A stretch of DNA of 64,000 bases from Candidatus Latescibacterota bacterium (GTDB taxonomy: Bacteria; Latescibacterota; CBDEFO01). Numbering within the stretch: position 1 is the stretch's first letter; every line of letters begins with the position of its first letter. Shown piece by piece: positions 48,171 through 58,506 of this stretch. The DNA lies in the NCBI GenBank assembly GCA_965248755.1, contig OZ252149.1:4192001-4256000 (forward strand), in the 5' to 3' direction. The translations under genes were made by a program, and so were the position numbers. The notes beneath the pieces are model-generated. The model did no database searches. It was given only the letters and a program-made list of their open reading frames with translations, and was not told the origin of the DNA.

Positions 48171-48204
48171 CCGGAGCTCAGTTTATAAGGGTTTCGGTTT
48201 TTTG
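48171..48204 (+). terminator. Putative intrinsic terminator
   Basis: CCGGAGCTC..GGGTTTCGG hairpin followed by a T-run. Confidence 0.5.
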
Positions 48205-48234
48205 TCTAACTGAATCTGCCCGATGAAGTTATTG

Positions 48235-48263
48235 TTGACATCTGTTTCGTTTTTCCTTATCTT
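48235..48263 (+). promoter_or_regulatory. sigma70-type promoter for the beta-helix/repeat-protein genes
   Basis: TTGACA-17 nt-TATCTT. Confidence 0.65.
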
Positions 48264-48466
48264 GTGACCCATATCACAGTACGGACGCTAAAGTTTGATT
48301 ATCTTAACTGAGATAATTAAATGTAGGGGCGGGGTTATTCCCCCCTATAGGATTGTAGTGGAACGTAAATTCAATAAGTCATCTTCAGCCCATGGATGAG
48401 GAGGTGATACGATTTATCCGGGCTTAAATAGAGTCGAAGTTTTGTCAGTTGGTCAATGTTTTTCAA

Positions 48467-48489
48467 TCCCCGATAGATTCAATCGGGGA
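48467..48489. repeat. Stand-alone mini-palindrome TCCCCGATAGATTCAATCGGGGA
   Basis: Same core as at 11961, 13082, 49676 and 58205. Confidence 0.8.
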
Positions 48490-48512
48490 TCAATCTCAAG
48501 GAGGTTTTTGCA

Positions 48513-49544
48513 ATGACTGCCAAGATATTCTGCTTGGTCGTTTTGGTCATAGCCATCTGCGCGCTTGCAACGTCTGCCACTGCCAAAATTTGGCGGGTTG
48601 ATAACAATCCTGGTAACGCGGCGGACTGGAGGACCATACAAGCGGCTCACGACGGCTCAGCAAGCGGCGATACGCTCTATGTTTCGGGTACTGCAATTAG
48701 CTATGGTAATTTGTTTGCTTCAAAGAAACTGTTTGTCTTCGGACCCGGTTATCTCCTGGGTGAAAATCCCAAAACCCAGGCAAATCTAGCCTCTGCCAAA
48801 ACTGACGCTATTAGATTCGACTCGGGTTCGGATAGTTCACTCGTCACAGGTTTAGATGTACAGGGTACATTAGAAGTTAATATTGGTGTGAGCAGCGTTA
48901 CTATCAAGAGAAATAGAATAGTCCACAGCTTTAGTCCGTGTGTCTGGATAGATGACAATACCACCAATATATTCGTTATACAGAATTACATACAAATGAC
49001 TAGTAATTCTTCTGGCACCGACGCAATCCGAGTAGATCCTGGTGTCAGCTCTACTTTCATCAATAATAATTTCATAGAGGCTGGCGTCACAACTACCGAC
49101 GCAATCGACGCAAGTACCACCTCATCTATCACCGTTGAGCAAAATGTTATCCGCGGAGATGTGATAGTATATAATACGGGTTTTAACAATAACGTATGGA
49201 GAGAGGGGACTTTTACCGGTACGAATAATGCCGTATTCAATAACATCACAAATAGTACACAGTTTGCAAGCTTTGATACAACCAACGCTAATCAATCCAG
49301 CGTAGATATGGCGACTGTTTTTGTGGGAACCGGCAGCACCGATGGCCAATGGCAATTGACAACAGGTTCTCCTGCAATCGGTGCGGGCTTAGGTGGTAAT
49401 GATATTGGAATGTTCGGTGGACTTGATCCTTATATCCTTTCCGGGATGCCTGCTATTCCTGCCATTTACTTTTTCAGCGCCCCTGTATCGGGTTCAAACA
49501 CCAGCGGCCTTCCGGTTCAAGTGAAAGTCAAATCGCATAACTGA
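48513..49544 (+). CDS. Secreted right-handed beta-helix-like protein
   Basis: AAGGAGG RBS; signal peptide; WRVDNN..TIQAAHD..SGDTLYV..GPGY; Asn-rich parallel-beta repeats; SPAIGAG..DIGMFGG..PY. Confidence 0.8.
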   Translation: MTAKIFCLVVLVIAICALATSATAKIWRVDNNPGNAADWRTIQAAHDGSASGDTLYVSGTAISYGNLFASKKLFVFGPGYLLGENPKTQANLASAKTDAIRFDSGSDSSLVTGLDVQGTLEVNIGVSSVTIKRNRIVHSFSPCVWIDDNTTNIFVIQNYIQMTSNSSGTDAIRVDPGVSSTFINNNFIEAGVTTTDAIDASTTSSITVEQNVIRGDVIVYNTGFNNNVWREGTFTGTNNAVFNNITNSTQFASFDTTNANQSSVDMATVFVGTGSTDGQWQLTTGSPAIGAGLGGNDIGMFGGLDPYILSGMPAIPAIYFFSAPVSGSNTSGLPVQVKVKSHN

Positions 49545-49576
49545 TAATCGACACAAACAGTAGGCAGCATATTTTT

Positions 49577-49897
49577 GTTGGGGCGAGGTTCTCTCGGCTA
49601 ATGGTTGGGTAGCCCAGCCTTTACACGATAGGTGATACGGAGAAGAGAAGGTGCCCTGCCTACGAGATTGCTTCCCCCCGATAGATTCAATCGGGGGTCG
49701 CTCGCAATGACACGGTGTACTTTTGCCTTCGATCATTGAGAGGGGTGGAACCTCGACTCCGTCAGGAGTTACGACCCCGAGGAGACGCGAAGCGGAAGCA
49801 GAACCAAGCTCAAAGACTTTTTTCTAATGAAAAGTAATCAGTAGGGGCGAGCCCATGTGTTCACCCAGTGGGTAGGGGACACATCCTTCTCCCTATT
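49577..49897. repeat. Cluster of REP-like palindromes
   Basis: Degenerate copy of the 2373 element (49577-49625); GAGATTGCTTC[hairpin]GTCGCTCGCAATGAC (49664-49712); GTAGGGGCGAGCCC.. (49841-). Confidence 0.65.
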
Positions 49898-49938
49898 TGC
49901 TAACAGAACAGACTCCTCCCCATAACAGGAGTATAGAG

Positions 49939-52900
49939 ATGAGTAGAGTGCAGTATGCACTCAGCGCGGTAATTCTTGCCATTTTGCTTGGTCCACAGGC
50001 GCTGTACGCACAAAACATTGTGCGGGTGGAGTACTACATCGACTCAGACCCCGGATTTGGGAATGCAACTCAGCTGGGCATTACGCCTGCCCCCGAACTG
50101 GATCTAAACTTCAATGCAAATCTTTCAGGCATAAGCGCAGGCTTGCATACTCTGTATGTTCGAGCCAAGGACGATAGTAGTAAATGGAGTTTGTCCTATA
50201 CCAAGCCCTTCTGGACTCTGGCGCTCGATGTTGCTCCAAACATTACGAAAGTGGAATATTACATAGACACAGATCCGGCCTTTGAAGCGGGCGTGGATGT
50301 GCCGATTACGCCGGGAAGTGACGTTACGCAGGATTTCACAGTTGACTTGAGTGGTCAAAGTACAGGCTTGCACGTGCTATATATTCGAGCCAAGGATCAA
50401 GGTGGCAACTGGAGTTTATCCTACGCAAAGCCCTTTATAACAGTTGCGTTGACTGTTACGCCTGATATTACGCAGGTAGAATATTACGTAGACACAGATC
50501 CTGGTTTTGGAGCGGGTGTGGATGTGCCGATTACGCCGGGAAGTGAAGTTACGCAGGATTTCACAGTTGACTTGAGCAGTCAAAGCGAAGGACTTCACGT
50601 TTTGTATGTTCGAGCCAAGGATCAAGGTGGCAATTGGAGTTTGTCCTATGCTAAGCCCTTCATAACACTTGCTTTGACTGTTGCGCCTGATATTGCGCAG
50701 GTAGAATATTACATAGACACAGACCCAGGATATGGAGCGGGCGTGGATGTGCCGATTACGCCGGGAAGTGACGTTACGCAGGATTTCACAGTTGACTTGA
50801 GTGGTCAAAGCGAAGGACTTCACGTTTTGTATGTTCGAGCCAAGGATCAAGGTGGCAATTGGAGTTTGTCCTATGCAAAGCCCTTCATAACAGTTGCTTT
50901 GACTGTTGTGTCTGATATTACGCAGGTAGAATATTACATCGACACAGATCCAGGCTTTGGAGCGGGTGTGGATGTGCCGATTACACCGGGAAGTGACATC
51001 ACACAGACTTTCACAGTTGACTTGACTGGTCAAAGCGAAGGACTTCACGTTTTGTATGTTCGAGCCAAGGATCAAGGTGGCAGTTGGAGTTTGTCCTACG
51101 CCAAGCCCTTCATAACGGTCTCTCTCGCAGTTGCTTCAAACATCATGAAGGCAGAATATTACATAGACACAGACCCCGGCCTTGGAAACGGCGTAGAAAT
51201 GCCTATTACTACACTGGGGACTGACATTACGCAGGATTTCACAGTTGACTTGAGCGGTCAGAGCGGAGGACTTCACGTTTTGTATGTTCGAGCGCAGGAT
51301 GAAAGCGGCGATTGGAGTTTGTCCCTGGCAAAGAGCTTTACTGTCATTGTGGATGTTTCGCCTGAAGTTGTACAGATGGAATATTATATCGACACAGACC
51401 CTGGCTTTGGAGCAGGTGTGGACGTGCCTATTTCTACACCTGGAAATGACGTCACGCGGGGTTTCATAGTAGACTTAAGCAGTCAAAGCGAAGGACTTCA
51501 TGTTCTATATGTTCGAGCCAAGGACCAAGGTGGTAACTGGAGCTTATCTCATGCCAAGCCATTTACAAAGGTGACTTTAGCTGTGGCGTCTGATATTGTT
51601 CAGATGGAGTATTATATTGACACAGACCCTGGCTTTGGAGCAGGTGTGAATGTTTCTATTGGTACACCGGGTGTTGACATTACACAAAGTCTCACAGTCG
51701 ACCTGAGTGTTCAAAGCGATGGACTCCACGTTCTATATATTCGAGCTAAGGATCAGAATGGCAGTTGGAGTTTGTCCCATGCCAAGCCATTTACGAAGGT
51801 GACTTTAGCAGTTGCTTCTGATATTGTTCAGATGGAGTATTATATTGACACAGACCCTGGATTTGGAGCAGGTGTGAATGTGCCTATTGCTTCACCGGGT
51901 GTTGACATTACACAGAGTCTCACAGTCGACCTGAGTGTTCAAAGCGATGGACTCCACGTTCTATATATTCGGGCCAAGGATCAAAATGGGAATTGGAGTT
52001 TATCATATGCTAAACCATTTACAAAGGTGACTTTAGCTGTGGCGTCTGATATTGTTCAGATGGAGTATTATATTGACACAGACCCTGGCTTTGGAGCAGG
52101 TGTGAATGTTTCTATTGGTACACCGGGTGTTGACATTACACAAAGTCTCACAGTCGACCTGAGTGTTCAAAGCGATGGACTCCACGTTCTATATATTCGA
52201 GCTAAGGATCAGAATGGCAGTTGGAGTTTGTCCCATGCCAAGCCATTTACGAAGGTGACTTTAGCAGTTGCTTCAGATATTGTTAAGATGGAGTATTACA
52301 TAGACACAGACCCTGGGTTTGGAGCAGGTGTGAATGTTTCTATTGTAACTCCGGGTGTTGATATTACACAAAGTCTCACAGTCGACTTGAGCGGTCAAAG
52401 TGATGGGCTTCATGTCCTGTATGTTCGAGCTAAGGATCAAAATGGGAATTGGAGTTTATCTTATGCTAAGCCTTTTACGAAGGTGACTTTAGCTGTGGCA
52501 TCTGATATTGTTCAGATGGAGTATTACATAGACACAGACCCTGGATTTGGAGCAGGTGTGAATGTGCCTATTGCTTCACCGGGTGTTGACATTACACAGA
52601 GTCTCACAGTCGACCTGAGTGTTCAAAGCGATGGACTCCACGTTCTATATATTCGGGCCAAGGATCAAAATGGGAATTGGAGTTTATCATATGCTAAACC
52701 ATTTACAAAGGTGACTTTAGCTGTGGCGTCTGATATTGTTCAGATGGAGTATTATATTGACACAGACCCTGGCTTTGGAGCAGGTGTGAATGTTTCTATT
52801 GGTACACCGGGTGTTGACATTACACAAAGTCTCACAGTCGACCTGAGTGTTCAAAGCGATGGACTCCACGTTCTATATATTCGAGCTAAGGATCAGAATG

Positions 52901-55900
52901 GCAGTTGGAGTTTGTCCCATGCCAAGCCATTTACGAAGGTGACTTTAGCAGTTGCTTCTGATATTGTTCAGATGGAGTATTACATAGACACAGACCCTGG
53001 ATTTGGAGCAGGTGTGAATGTTTCTATTGTAACTCCGGGTGTTGATATTACACAAAGTCTCACAGTCGACTTGAGCGGTCAAAGCGATGGTCTCCACGTT
53101 CTATATATTCGAGCTAAGGATCAAAATGGGAATTGGAGTTTATCGTATGCTAAGCCTTTTACGAAGGTGACTTTAGCTGTGGCGTCTGATATTGTTCAGA
53201 TGGAGTATTACATAGACACAGACCCTGGCTTTGGAGCAGGTGTGAATGTGCCTATCGCTACACCGGGTGTTGACATTACACAGAGTGTCACAGTAGACTT
53301 GAGTGTTCAAAGCGATGGGCTTCATGTCCTGTATGTTCGGGCTAAGGATCAGAATGGCAGTTGGAGTTTGTCATATGCTAAGCCATTTACGAAGGTGACT
53401 TTAGCTGTGGCGTCTGATATTGTTCAGATGGAGTATTACATAGACACAGACCCCGGGTTTGGAGCAGGTGTAAATGTTCCTATTGTTACACCGGGTGTTG
53501 ACATTACACAGAGTCTCACAGTTGACTTGAGCGGTCAGAGTGATGGGCTTCATGTCCTGTATGTTCGGGCTAAGGATCAGAATGGCAGTTGGAGTTTGTC
53601 ATATGCTAAGCCATTTACGAAGGTGACTTTAGCTGTGGCGTCTGATATTGTTCAGATGGAGTATTACATAGACACAGACCCCGGGTTTGGAGCAGGTGTG
53701 GATGTTTCTATTGCTACACCGGGTGTTGACGTTGAGCAAAGTTTTGTGGTTGACCTGGGTGTTCAGAGCGATGGTCTGCACGTTCTATATGTTCGGGCTA
53801 AGGATCAGAATGGCAGTTGGAGTTTGTCATATGCTAAGCCATTTACGAAGGTGACTTTAGCTGTGGCGTCTGATATTGTTCAGATGGAGTATTACATAGA
53901 CACAGACCCTGGGTTTGGAGCAGCTGTGGATGTGGCTATTGCTACACCGGGTGTTGACATTACACAAAGTCTCACAGTCGACCTGAGCGGTCAGAGCGAT
54001 GGACTCCACGTTCTATATATTCGAGCTAAGGATCAGAATGGCAGTTGGAGTTTATCATATGCCAAGCCATTTACGAAGGTGACTTTAGCAGTTGCTTCTG
54101 ATATTGTTCAGATGGAGTATTACATAGACACAGACCCTGGGTTTGGAGCAGGTGTGGAGGTTACTATTGTTACACCGGGTGTTGACATTACACAGAGTCT
54201 CACAGTTGACTTGAGCGGTCAAGGAGATGGTCTGCACGTTCTATATATTCGGGCCAAGGATCAAAATGGGAATTGGAGTTTATCATATGCTAAGCCATTT
54301 ACGAAGGTGCGTCGTGAAATAGCCCCAAATATCACTGCTGTTGAATACTATTTCATTAAGGATGGGACAAAGACCCAGGTCAGTACTTACACGAATTTCA
54401 CATCCACAACAGATGTTGGGGCCAATTTCGTAGCGGATATATCAGCCTTGGATAATAATAGTTCCTACAATTGGCATATCTACGGCATAGCTGAGGACGA
54501 CAGAAGGAGTTTGGAGTACGTTCACTCATTTACGGTCGGAAACGCCCCTCCGGTTGCCGTGGACGATACCGTAACCACGCCTGAGGACACGTCGATTGTC
54601 ATCGCTGTGCTTTCCAACGATTTTGACGTGGCTGGAGACACGCTCAAAGTGCAATCGGTTGACACGACCGGCACTGTAGGAAGGGTCGTCGTCGATCCCG
54701 GTGATACTACACTAACGTATGCGCCGAAGGCCGACTTCAACGGTATAGATACGTTCGAGTACGTGGTAACAGATGGTGTAGTGACTGACACAGCCACGGT
54801 CACGGTTACAGTGGAACCGGTGAACGACGCGCCGGGGGACTTTGTCCGGCTTTTGCCCGCTGATAGTAGCCTCGTCCAGCGCGATTCTGTCCTTTTCCTC
54901 TGGACAGCAGCGTCCGATGCGGACAGGGATACGGTGGAATATACGATAAGTATCTCTTTCGCTCAGATCGATACTAGCTTTGTCGTGGAAGACACGACGT
55001 TAGTGGTCGATTTCCGAACGTTTGAGCTGCCCAAGGCCCAGCTTCCTGTGACGTGGTTGGTAGTCGCCTCAGATGGCATCGTGACCTCTGGGCCGACCAA
55101 TGGAAACGGGAACTTTACTTTGAACACGCCACTTCTGTTCGGCGATGTATCGGGCAACGGCGAGATCACCTCCTTCGATGCGGTGTTGATCTTGCAGCAT
55201 ACGGTGGGGCTGATCACACTGACGGATCCCTTTGCCCGCGTTGCAGATGTCTCCGACAACGGCAGAATCAGCGCCTTTGACGCCGCTTTAGTGCTGCGCT
55301 TTGTCGTGGGTGGTATCTCGTGCTTGCCGGCTGACCCAGACTGTGGAGTATTAGCTAAGGGTAAAGCCGTTGCAGGCACACTTGCCTGGTCAGAGACTCA
55401 GTCAGGAGATGTGCCCGGGCACGTCGATCTACCGATCATGTGGAACAGTGAGATGGGAGATGTGATCTCCGCAGAGTTCACCGTGCAGATCGACACGAGT
55501 TTTGCAAAGTTAGTAGATGTGGTTTCAAACCTTCCGGGGGACTGGCAGATGGTGTATAGTTTCTCCAGCGGTGAGCTAAAAGTGGCGATGGCTGGTCTCA
55601 CACGTATATCTGACGCACGCTTAGCTACGCTCCGGTTGCTGATGAGCCAACGGGAGACAGAGGTGACGATTCGCGGTGTAGGGTCGGTCAACGAGGAGCA
55701 GGAGCAGGAGTTGGGAGCTGCAAGGGTCCGGTATGTGCCGAAGGAATACGCGCTGGAGCAGAACTATCCCAATCCATTCAATCCCCAGACTGTGATCCGT
55801 TACGATCTTCCTGTCCGAAGCCAAGTTACCTTATCTGTCTTTAACATAGTGGGACAGAAAGTTGCCACACTGCTGAATGAGGAGATGGATGGAGGCAGTT

Positions 55901-56019
55901 ACTCTATCGTCTGGGACGGTAAAGATCATAGTGGAAGGAGCCTTGCCAGCGGAGTCTATCTGTATCGGTTGGAGACAGATGGGTTTGTTCAGACAAAAAA
56001 GCTGGTGTTGATGAGATAG
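49939..56019 (+). CDS. Giant surface protein: 19 DTDPG repeats + Ig/cadherin-like + dockerin + cohesin-like + FlgD-Ig/T9SS-like CTD
   Basis: AGGAG RBS; signal peptide (..LYA-Q); repeated EYYIDTDPGFGAG..GLHVLYVRAKD..WS; APPVAVDDTVTTPEDT; GDVSGNGEITSFDA..ADVSDNGRISAFDA; LEQNYPNPFNPQT..SGVYLYRL. Confidence 0.9.
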   Translation: MSRVQYALSAVILAILLGPQALYAQNIVRVEYYIDSDPGFGNATQLGITPAPELDLNFNANLSGISAGLHTLYVRAKDDSSKWSLSYTKPFWTLALDVAPNITKVEYYIDTDPAFEAGVDVPITPGSDVTQDFTVDLSGQSTGLHVLYIRAKDQGGNWSLSYAKPFITVALTVTPDITQVEYYVDTDPGFGAGVDVPITPGSEVTQDFTVDLSSQSEGLHVLYVRAKDQGGNWSLSYAKPFITLALTVAPDIAQVEYYIDTDPGYGAGVDVPITPGSDVTQDFTVDLSGQSEGLHVLYVRAKDQGGNWSLSYAKPFITVALTVVSDITQVEYYIDTDPGFGAGVDVPITPGSDITQTFTVDLTGQSEGLHVLYVRAKDQGGSWSLSYAKPFITVSLAVASNIMKAEYYIDTDPGLGNGVEMPITTLGTDITQDFTVDLSGQSGGLHVLYVRAQDESGDWSLSLAKSFTVIVDVSPEVVQMEYYIDTDPGFGAGVDVPISTPGNDVTRGFIVDLSSQSEGLHVLYVRAKDQGGNWSLSHAKPFTKVTLAVASDIVQMEYYIDTDPGFGAGVNVSIGTPGVDITQSLTVDLSVQSDGLHVLYIRAKDQNGSWSLSHAKPFTKVTLAVASDIVQMEYYIDTDPGFGAGVNVPIASPGVDITQSLTVDLSVQSDGLHVLYIRAKDQNGNWSLSYAKPFTKVTLAVASDIVQMEYYIDTDPGFGAGVNVSIGTPGVDITQSLTVDLSVQSDGLHVLYIRAKDQNGSWSLSHAKPFTKVTLAVASDIVKMEYYIDTDPGFGAGVNVSIVTPGVDITQSLTVDLSGQSDGLHVLYVRAKDQNGNWSLSYAKPFTKVTLAVASDIVQMEYYIDTDPGFGAGVNVPIASPGVDITQSLTVDLSVQSDGLHVLYIRAKDQNGNWSLSYAKPFTKVTLAVASDIVQMEYYIDTDPGFGAGVNVSIGTPGVDITQSLTVDLSVQSDGLHVLYIRAKDQNGSWSLSHAKPFTKVTLAVASDIVQMEYYIDTDPGFGAGVNVSIVTPGVDITQSLTVDLSGQSDGLHVLYIRAKDQNGNWSLSYAKPFTKVTLAVASDIVQMEYYIDTDPGFGAGVNVPIATPGVDITQSVTVDLSVQSDGLHVLYVRAKDQNGSWSLSYAKPFTKVTLAVASDIVQMEYYIDTDPGFGAGVNVPIVTPGVDITQSLTVDLSGQSDGLHVLYVRAKDQNGSWSLSYAKPFTKVTLAVASDIVQMEYYIDTDPGFGAGVDVSIATPGVDVEQSFVVDLGVQSDGLHVLYVRAKDQNGSWSLSYAKPFTKVTLAVASDIVQMEYYIDTDPGFGAAVDVAIATPGVDITQSLTVDLSGQSDGLHVLYIRAKDQNGSWSLSYAKPFTKVTLAVASDIVQMEYYIDTDPGFGAGVEVTIVTPGVDITQSLTVDLSGQGDGLHVLYIRAKDQNGNWSLSYAKPFTKVRREIAPNITAVEYYFIKDGTKTQVSTYTNFTSTTDVGANFVADISALDNNSSYNWHIYGIAEDDRRSLEYVHSFTVGNAPPVAVDDTVTTPEDTSIVIAVLSNDFDVAGDTLKVQSVDTTGTVGRVVVDPGDTTLTYAPKADFNGIDTFEYVVTDGVVTDTATVTVTVEPVNDAPGDFVRLLPADSSLVQRDSVLFLWTAASDADRDTVEYTISISFAQIDTSFVVEDTTLVVDFRTFELPKAQLPVTWLVVASDGIVTSGPTNGNGNFTLNTPLLFGDVSGNGEITSFDAVLILQHTVGLITLTDPFARVADVSDNGRISAFDAALVLRFVVGGISCLPADPDCGVLAKGKAVAGTLAWSETQSGDVPGHVDLPIMWNSEMGDVISAEFTVQIDTSFAKLVDVVSNLPGDWQMVYSFSSGELKVAMAGLTRISDARLATLRLLMSQRETEVTIRGVGSVNEEQEQELGAARVRYVPKEYALEQNYPNPFNPQTVIRYDLPVRSQVTLSVFNIVGQKVATLLNEEMDGGSYSIVWDGKDHSGRSLASGVYLYRLETDGFVQTKKLVLMR
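50011..54309 (+). repeat. Intragenic tandem array of 19 units of 225-228 nt
   Basis: Same register at 51601, 52741 and 53881 (1140 nt = 5 x 228). Confidence 0.93.
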
Positions 56020-56197
56020 GATCCGTTCAAAAGAGATAATATCTTGTAGCTAAGGTAGACTATCCGCGGAGATAGGAGGCGATGCACAAATATCTTGATT
56101 TTCGGGTCAGTTTGGGGTATATTGTTACCTAAATTAGATCGTCACCTGATAGATAATCGTGTTTTTTCCATTTGCATCATAGTCAAGGAGATAGATT

Positions 56198-58022
56198 ATG
56201 TATGGATGGACAGGAAAGATTCTGCGCGTTGAGCTTACGCGCGGCACGTGGCAGGTTGAGGATGTGCCGAAAGCGTGGATGCGCGATTTTGTCGGCGGAC
56301 GCGGGCTGGCGGCCAAGTACCTATACGAGGAGATGGACCCTATGGTGGGCTTTAAGCCCCGAGAATAAGTTGATTCTGGCTACGGATCCCCTTACCGGCA
56401 CGCCCGTCTCCTGCGGTGCGCGCTATATGGTTGTGACCAAGGGGCCTTTGACAGGGGCTATTACCACATCCAACTCCGGCGGACACTGGGGACCGGAGCT
56501 CAAGTTCGCAGGTTATGATATGGTCATCGTAGAGGGGAAGGCACAAAAGCCGTCCTACATCTTCATCTACAACGACCGCGTGGAAATACGCGATGCCAAG
56601 AACGTATGGGGCAAGACGGTCTCTGAGACTGAAGACCTTATCCGTGCGGAATTGGGCGTTCCGGGAACGCGTGTGACGGGCATAGGCCCTGCAGGAGAAA
56701 ATCTCGTTCGGTTCGCCTGCATTATCAACGACAAGCACCGTGCGGCAGGGCGCTCCGGAGTGGGCGCCGCTATGGGTTCCAAGAACCTGAAGGCTATCGC
56801 CGTGCGGGGCACAAAAGCTGTCAGGGTCGCGCGCCCTGAGGATTTTATACGCTCTATGTGGGACTTTGCCCAAAAGCTCGCGAAAAGCCAGGAGCGAGCA
56901 GGGTTGACAGAATTAGGCACAGCTCCGACTATCGATCTTGTGAACGCCTTCGGCGGCCTTCCGACGCGCAACTTTCAGGAGGGACAGTTCGATCAGGCGG
57001 ACAACCTCAATGGCAACAGCATCAAAGACCAGCGGCTTGTAACCAATAAAGCCTGTTTTGCCTGCAATATCGCCTGCGGGCGAGTGACGCAGTTGGGGGA
57101 CGGATCCGGCAAGTTCCTGGTCAACACTCACCCGCGCAACTGGGACGTAGCCGGCGAAGGCCCCGAATACGAGACGGTCTGGGCGCTCGGCGCAGATACG
57201 GGCGTGGGTGACCTGAACGCGGTGATCAAGGCTAACTTCCTTTGCAACGATCTGGGCATGGACCCCATCTCGATGGGTGCGACACTTGCCGCGGCGATGG
57301 AACTCTACGAGAAGGGCTTCATCGATGACTCGATGGTTGAAATTCCCCTGGAGTTCGGAAGCGGCGACGCCCTGGTGCGTATGACAGAGGCGACGGGCTA
57401 CCGAGAGGGCTTCGGAGACAAACTTTCCCAGGGCAGCAAGCTCATGACCGAAAAATTCAAGCATCCCGAATTATTTATGGGCGTCAAGGGCCAGGAATTT
57501 CCGGCTTATGACCCGCGGGGCTTCCAGGGCATGGGAGTCGCCTATGCCACCTGCAACCGTGGCGCATGCCACATTCGAGCCTGGACCCCCGCTGTAGAGG
57601 CGTTAGGGGATATGGACCCGCATACGACCGAGGGCAAATCCAAATGGGTAGTAGATGAGAAAGATAGGACGACGGTGCACGATGCTACGGGTATCTGTCT
57701 CTTCATCACAGCGGGCGCTTCGCTTGAGGACCTCCTGCCCTGCCTTATAGGAGCCACAGGGATAGACTACACCTGGGATGACTTCGTCAAAGCCGGCGAG
57801 CGCATCTGGAACATCGAGCGACTTTGGAACCTCAAGGCGGGGCTGACTTCCAAGGACGACACCCTGCCCAAGCGTCTGATGACCGAGGCGCACAAATCGG
57901 GACCGTCGGAGGGCGTCACCGTCAAATTGGACCGGATGTTGCCCGAGTACTATGAAGAGCGATGCTGGACGCCCGACGGAGTGCCGAGGGAGGAGAAACT
58001 TGTGGAACTGGGACTCCTGTAA
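56198..58022 (+). pseudogene. Aldehyde:ferredoxin oxidoreductase (W/Mo AOR family), frameshift near 56348
   Basis: AAGGAG RBS + MYGWTGKILRVELT..GGRGLAAKYLYEEMDP in one frame; ALSPENKLI..SNSGG..GRSGVGAAMGSKNLKAI..CFACNIAC..EGPEYET..RGACH in another; TTGATT-17-TATATT promoter upstream. May be a sequencing indel. Confidence 0.85.
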
Positions 58023-58204
58023 GACGAACAGAAAAGCTACGGTGTTCCGTCTTCGTATCCTGTGCGACTGTCAAAGAGATGGTCGCCCAGTTTCCTATGC
58101 TCCACCATTATCCTCGCACTACAGGGTCGTTGCAGTTTGATACATACTTGCCAAGTAGTCTTGAAATGCGAGGGACAATGTTACACATTTCCCTGGTGCT
58201 GTTG

Positions 58205-58227
58205 TCCCCGATTGAATCTATCGGGGA
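58205..58227. repeat. Stand-alone mini-palindrome TCCCCGATTGAATCTATCGGGGA
   Basis: Reverse complement is identical to 48467-48489. Confidence 0.8.
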
Positions 58228-58506
58228 TCAACCTCCTGCTCCTTCGGATCCTTGCGACCACGCCGAGACTTCAGGCTCTCCTGGCCTCCTTCTAAGAAAC
58301 TATCACGCCAAGCATATGCCTGCTACTGGCTGATTCCATTCTTCCGACATACTTCCGATACATCCACTCCTTTCAAAAGAGTCAGCACCACCTCTGCCTT
58401 TCGGGTCGCCGTCCAGCGCTTACTATCTTTCACTTCGGGGCTTGACACTTTGACCTCCTTTCCCAGATAGTATCACTCGGGGACAAGCCTCAAACCCCAA
58501 TTTACA
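58228..58506 (-). mobile_element. IS3-family remnant (left end + disrupted OrfA)
   Basis: TG-starting end TGTAAATTGGGG; AAGGAGG RBS + GTG 58448: ..KRWTATRKAEVVLTLLKG..SEVCRKNGISQ*QAYAWRDSFLEGG (HTH), internal TAG, no OrfB. Confidence 0.7.

Noticed and set aside
50011..54309. CRISPR-like array
   Set aside because: Units are 225-228-nt in-frame coding repeats without unique spacers; no cas genes.
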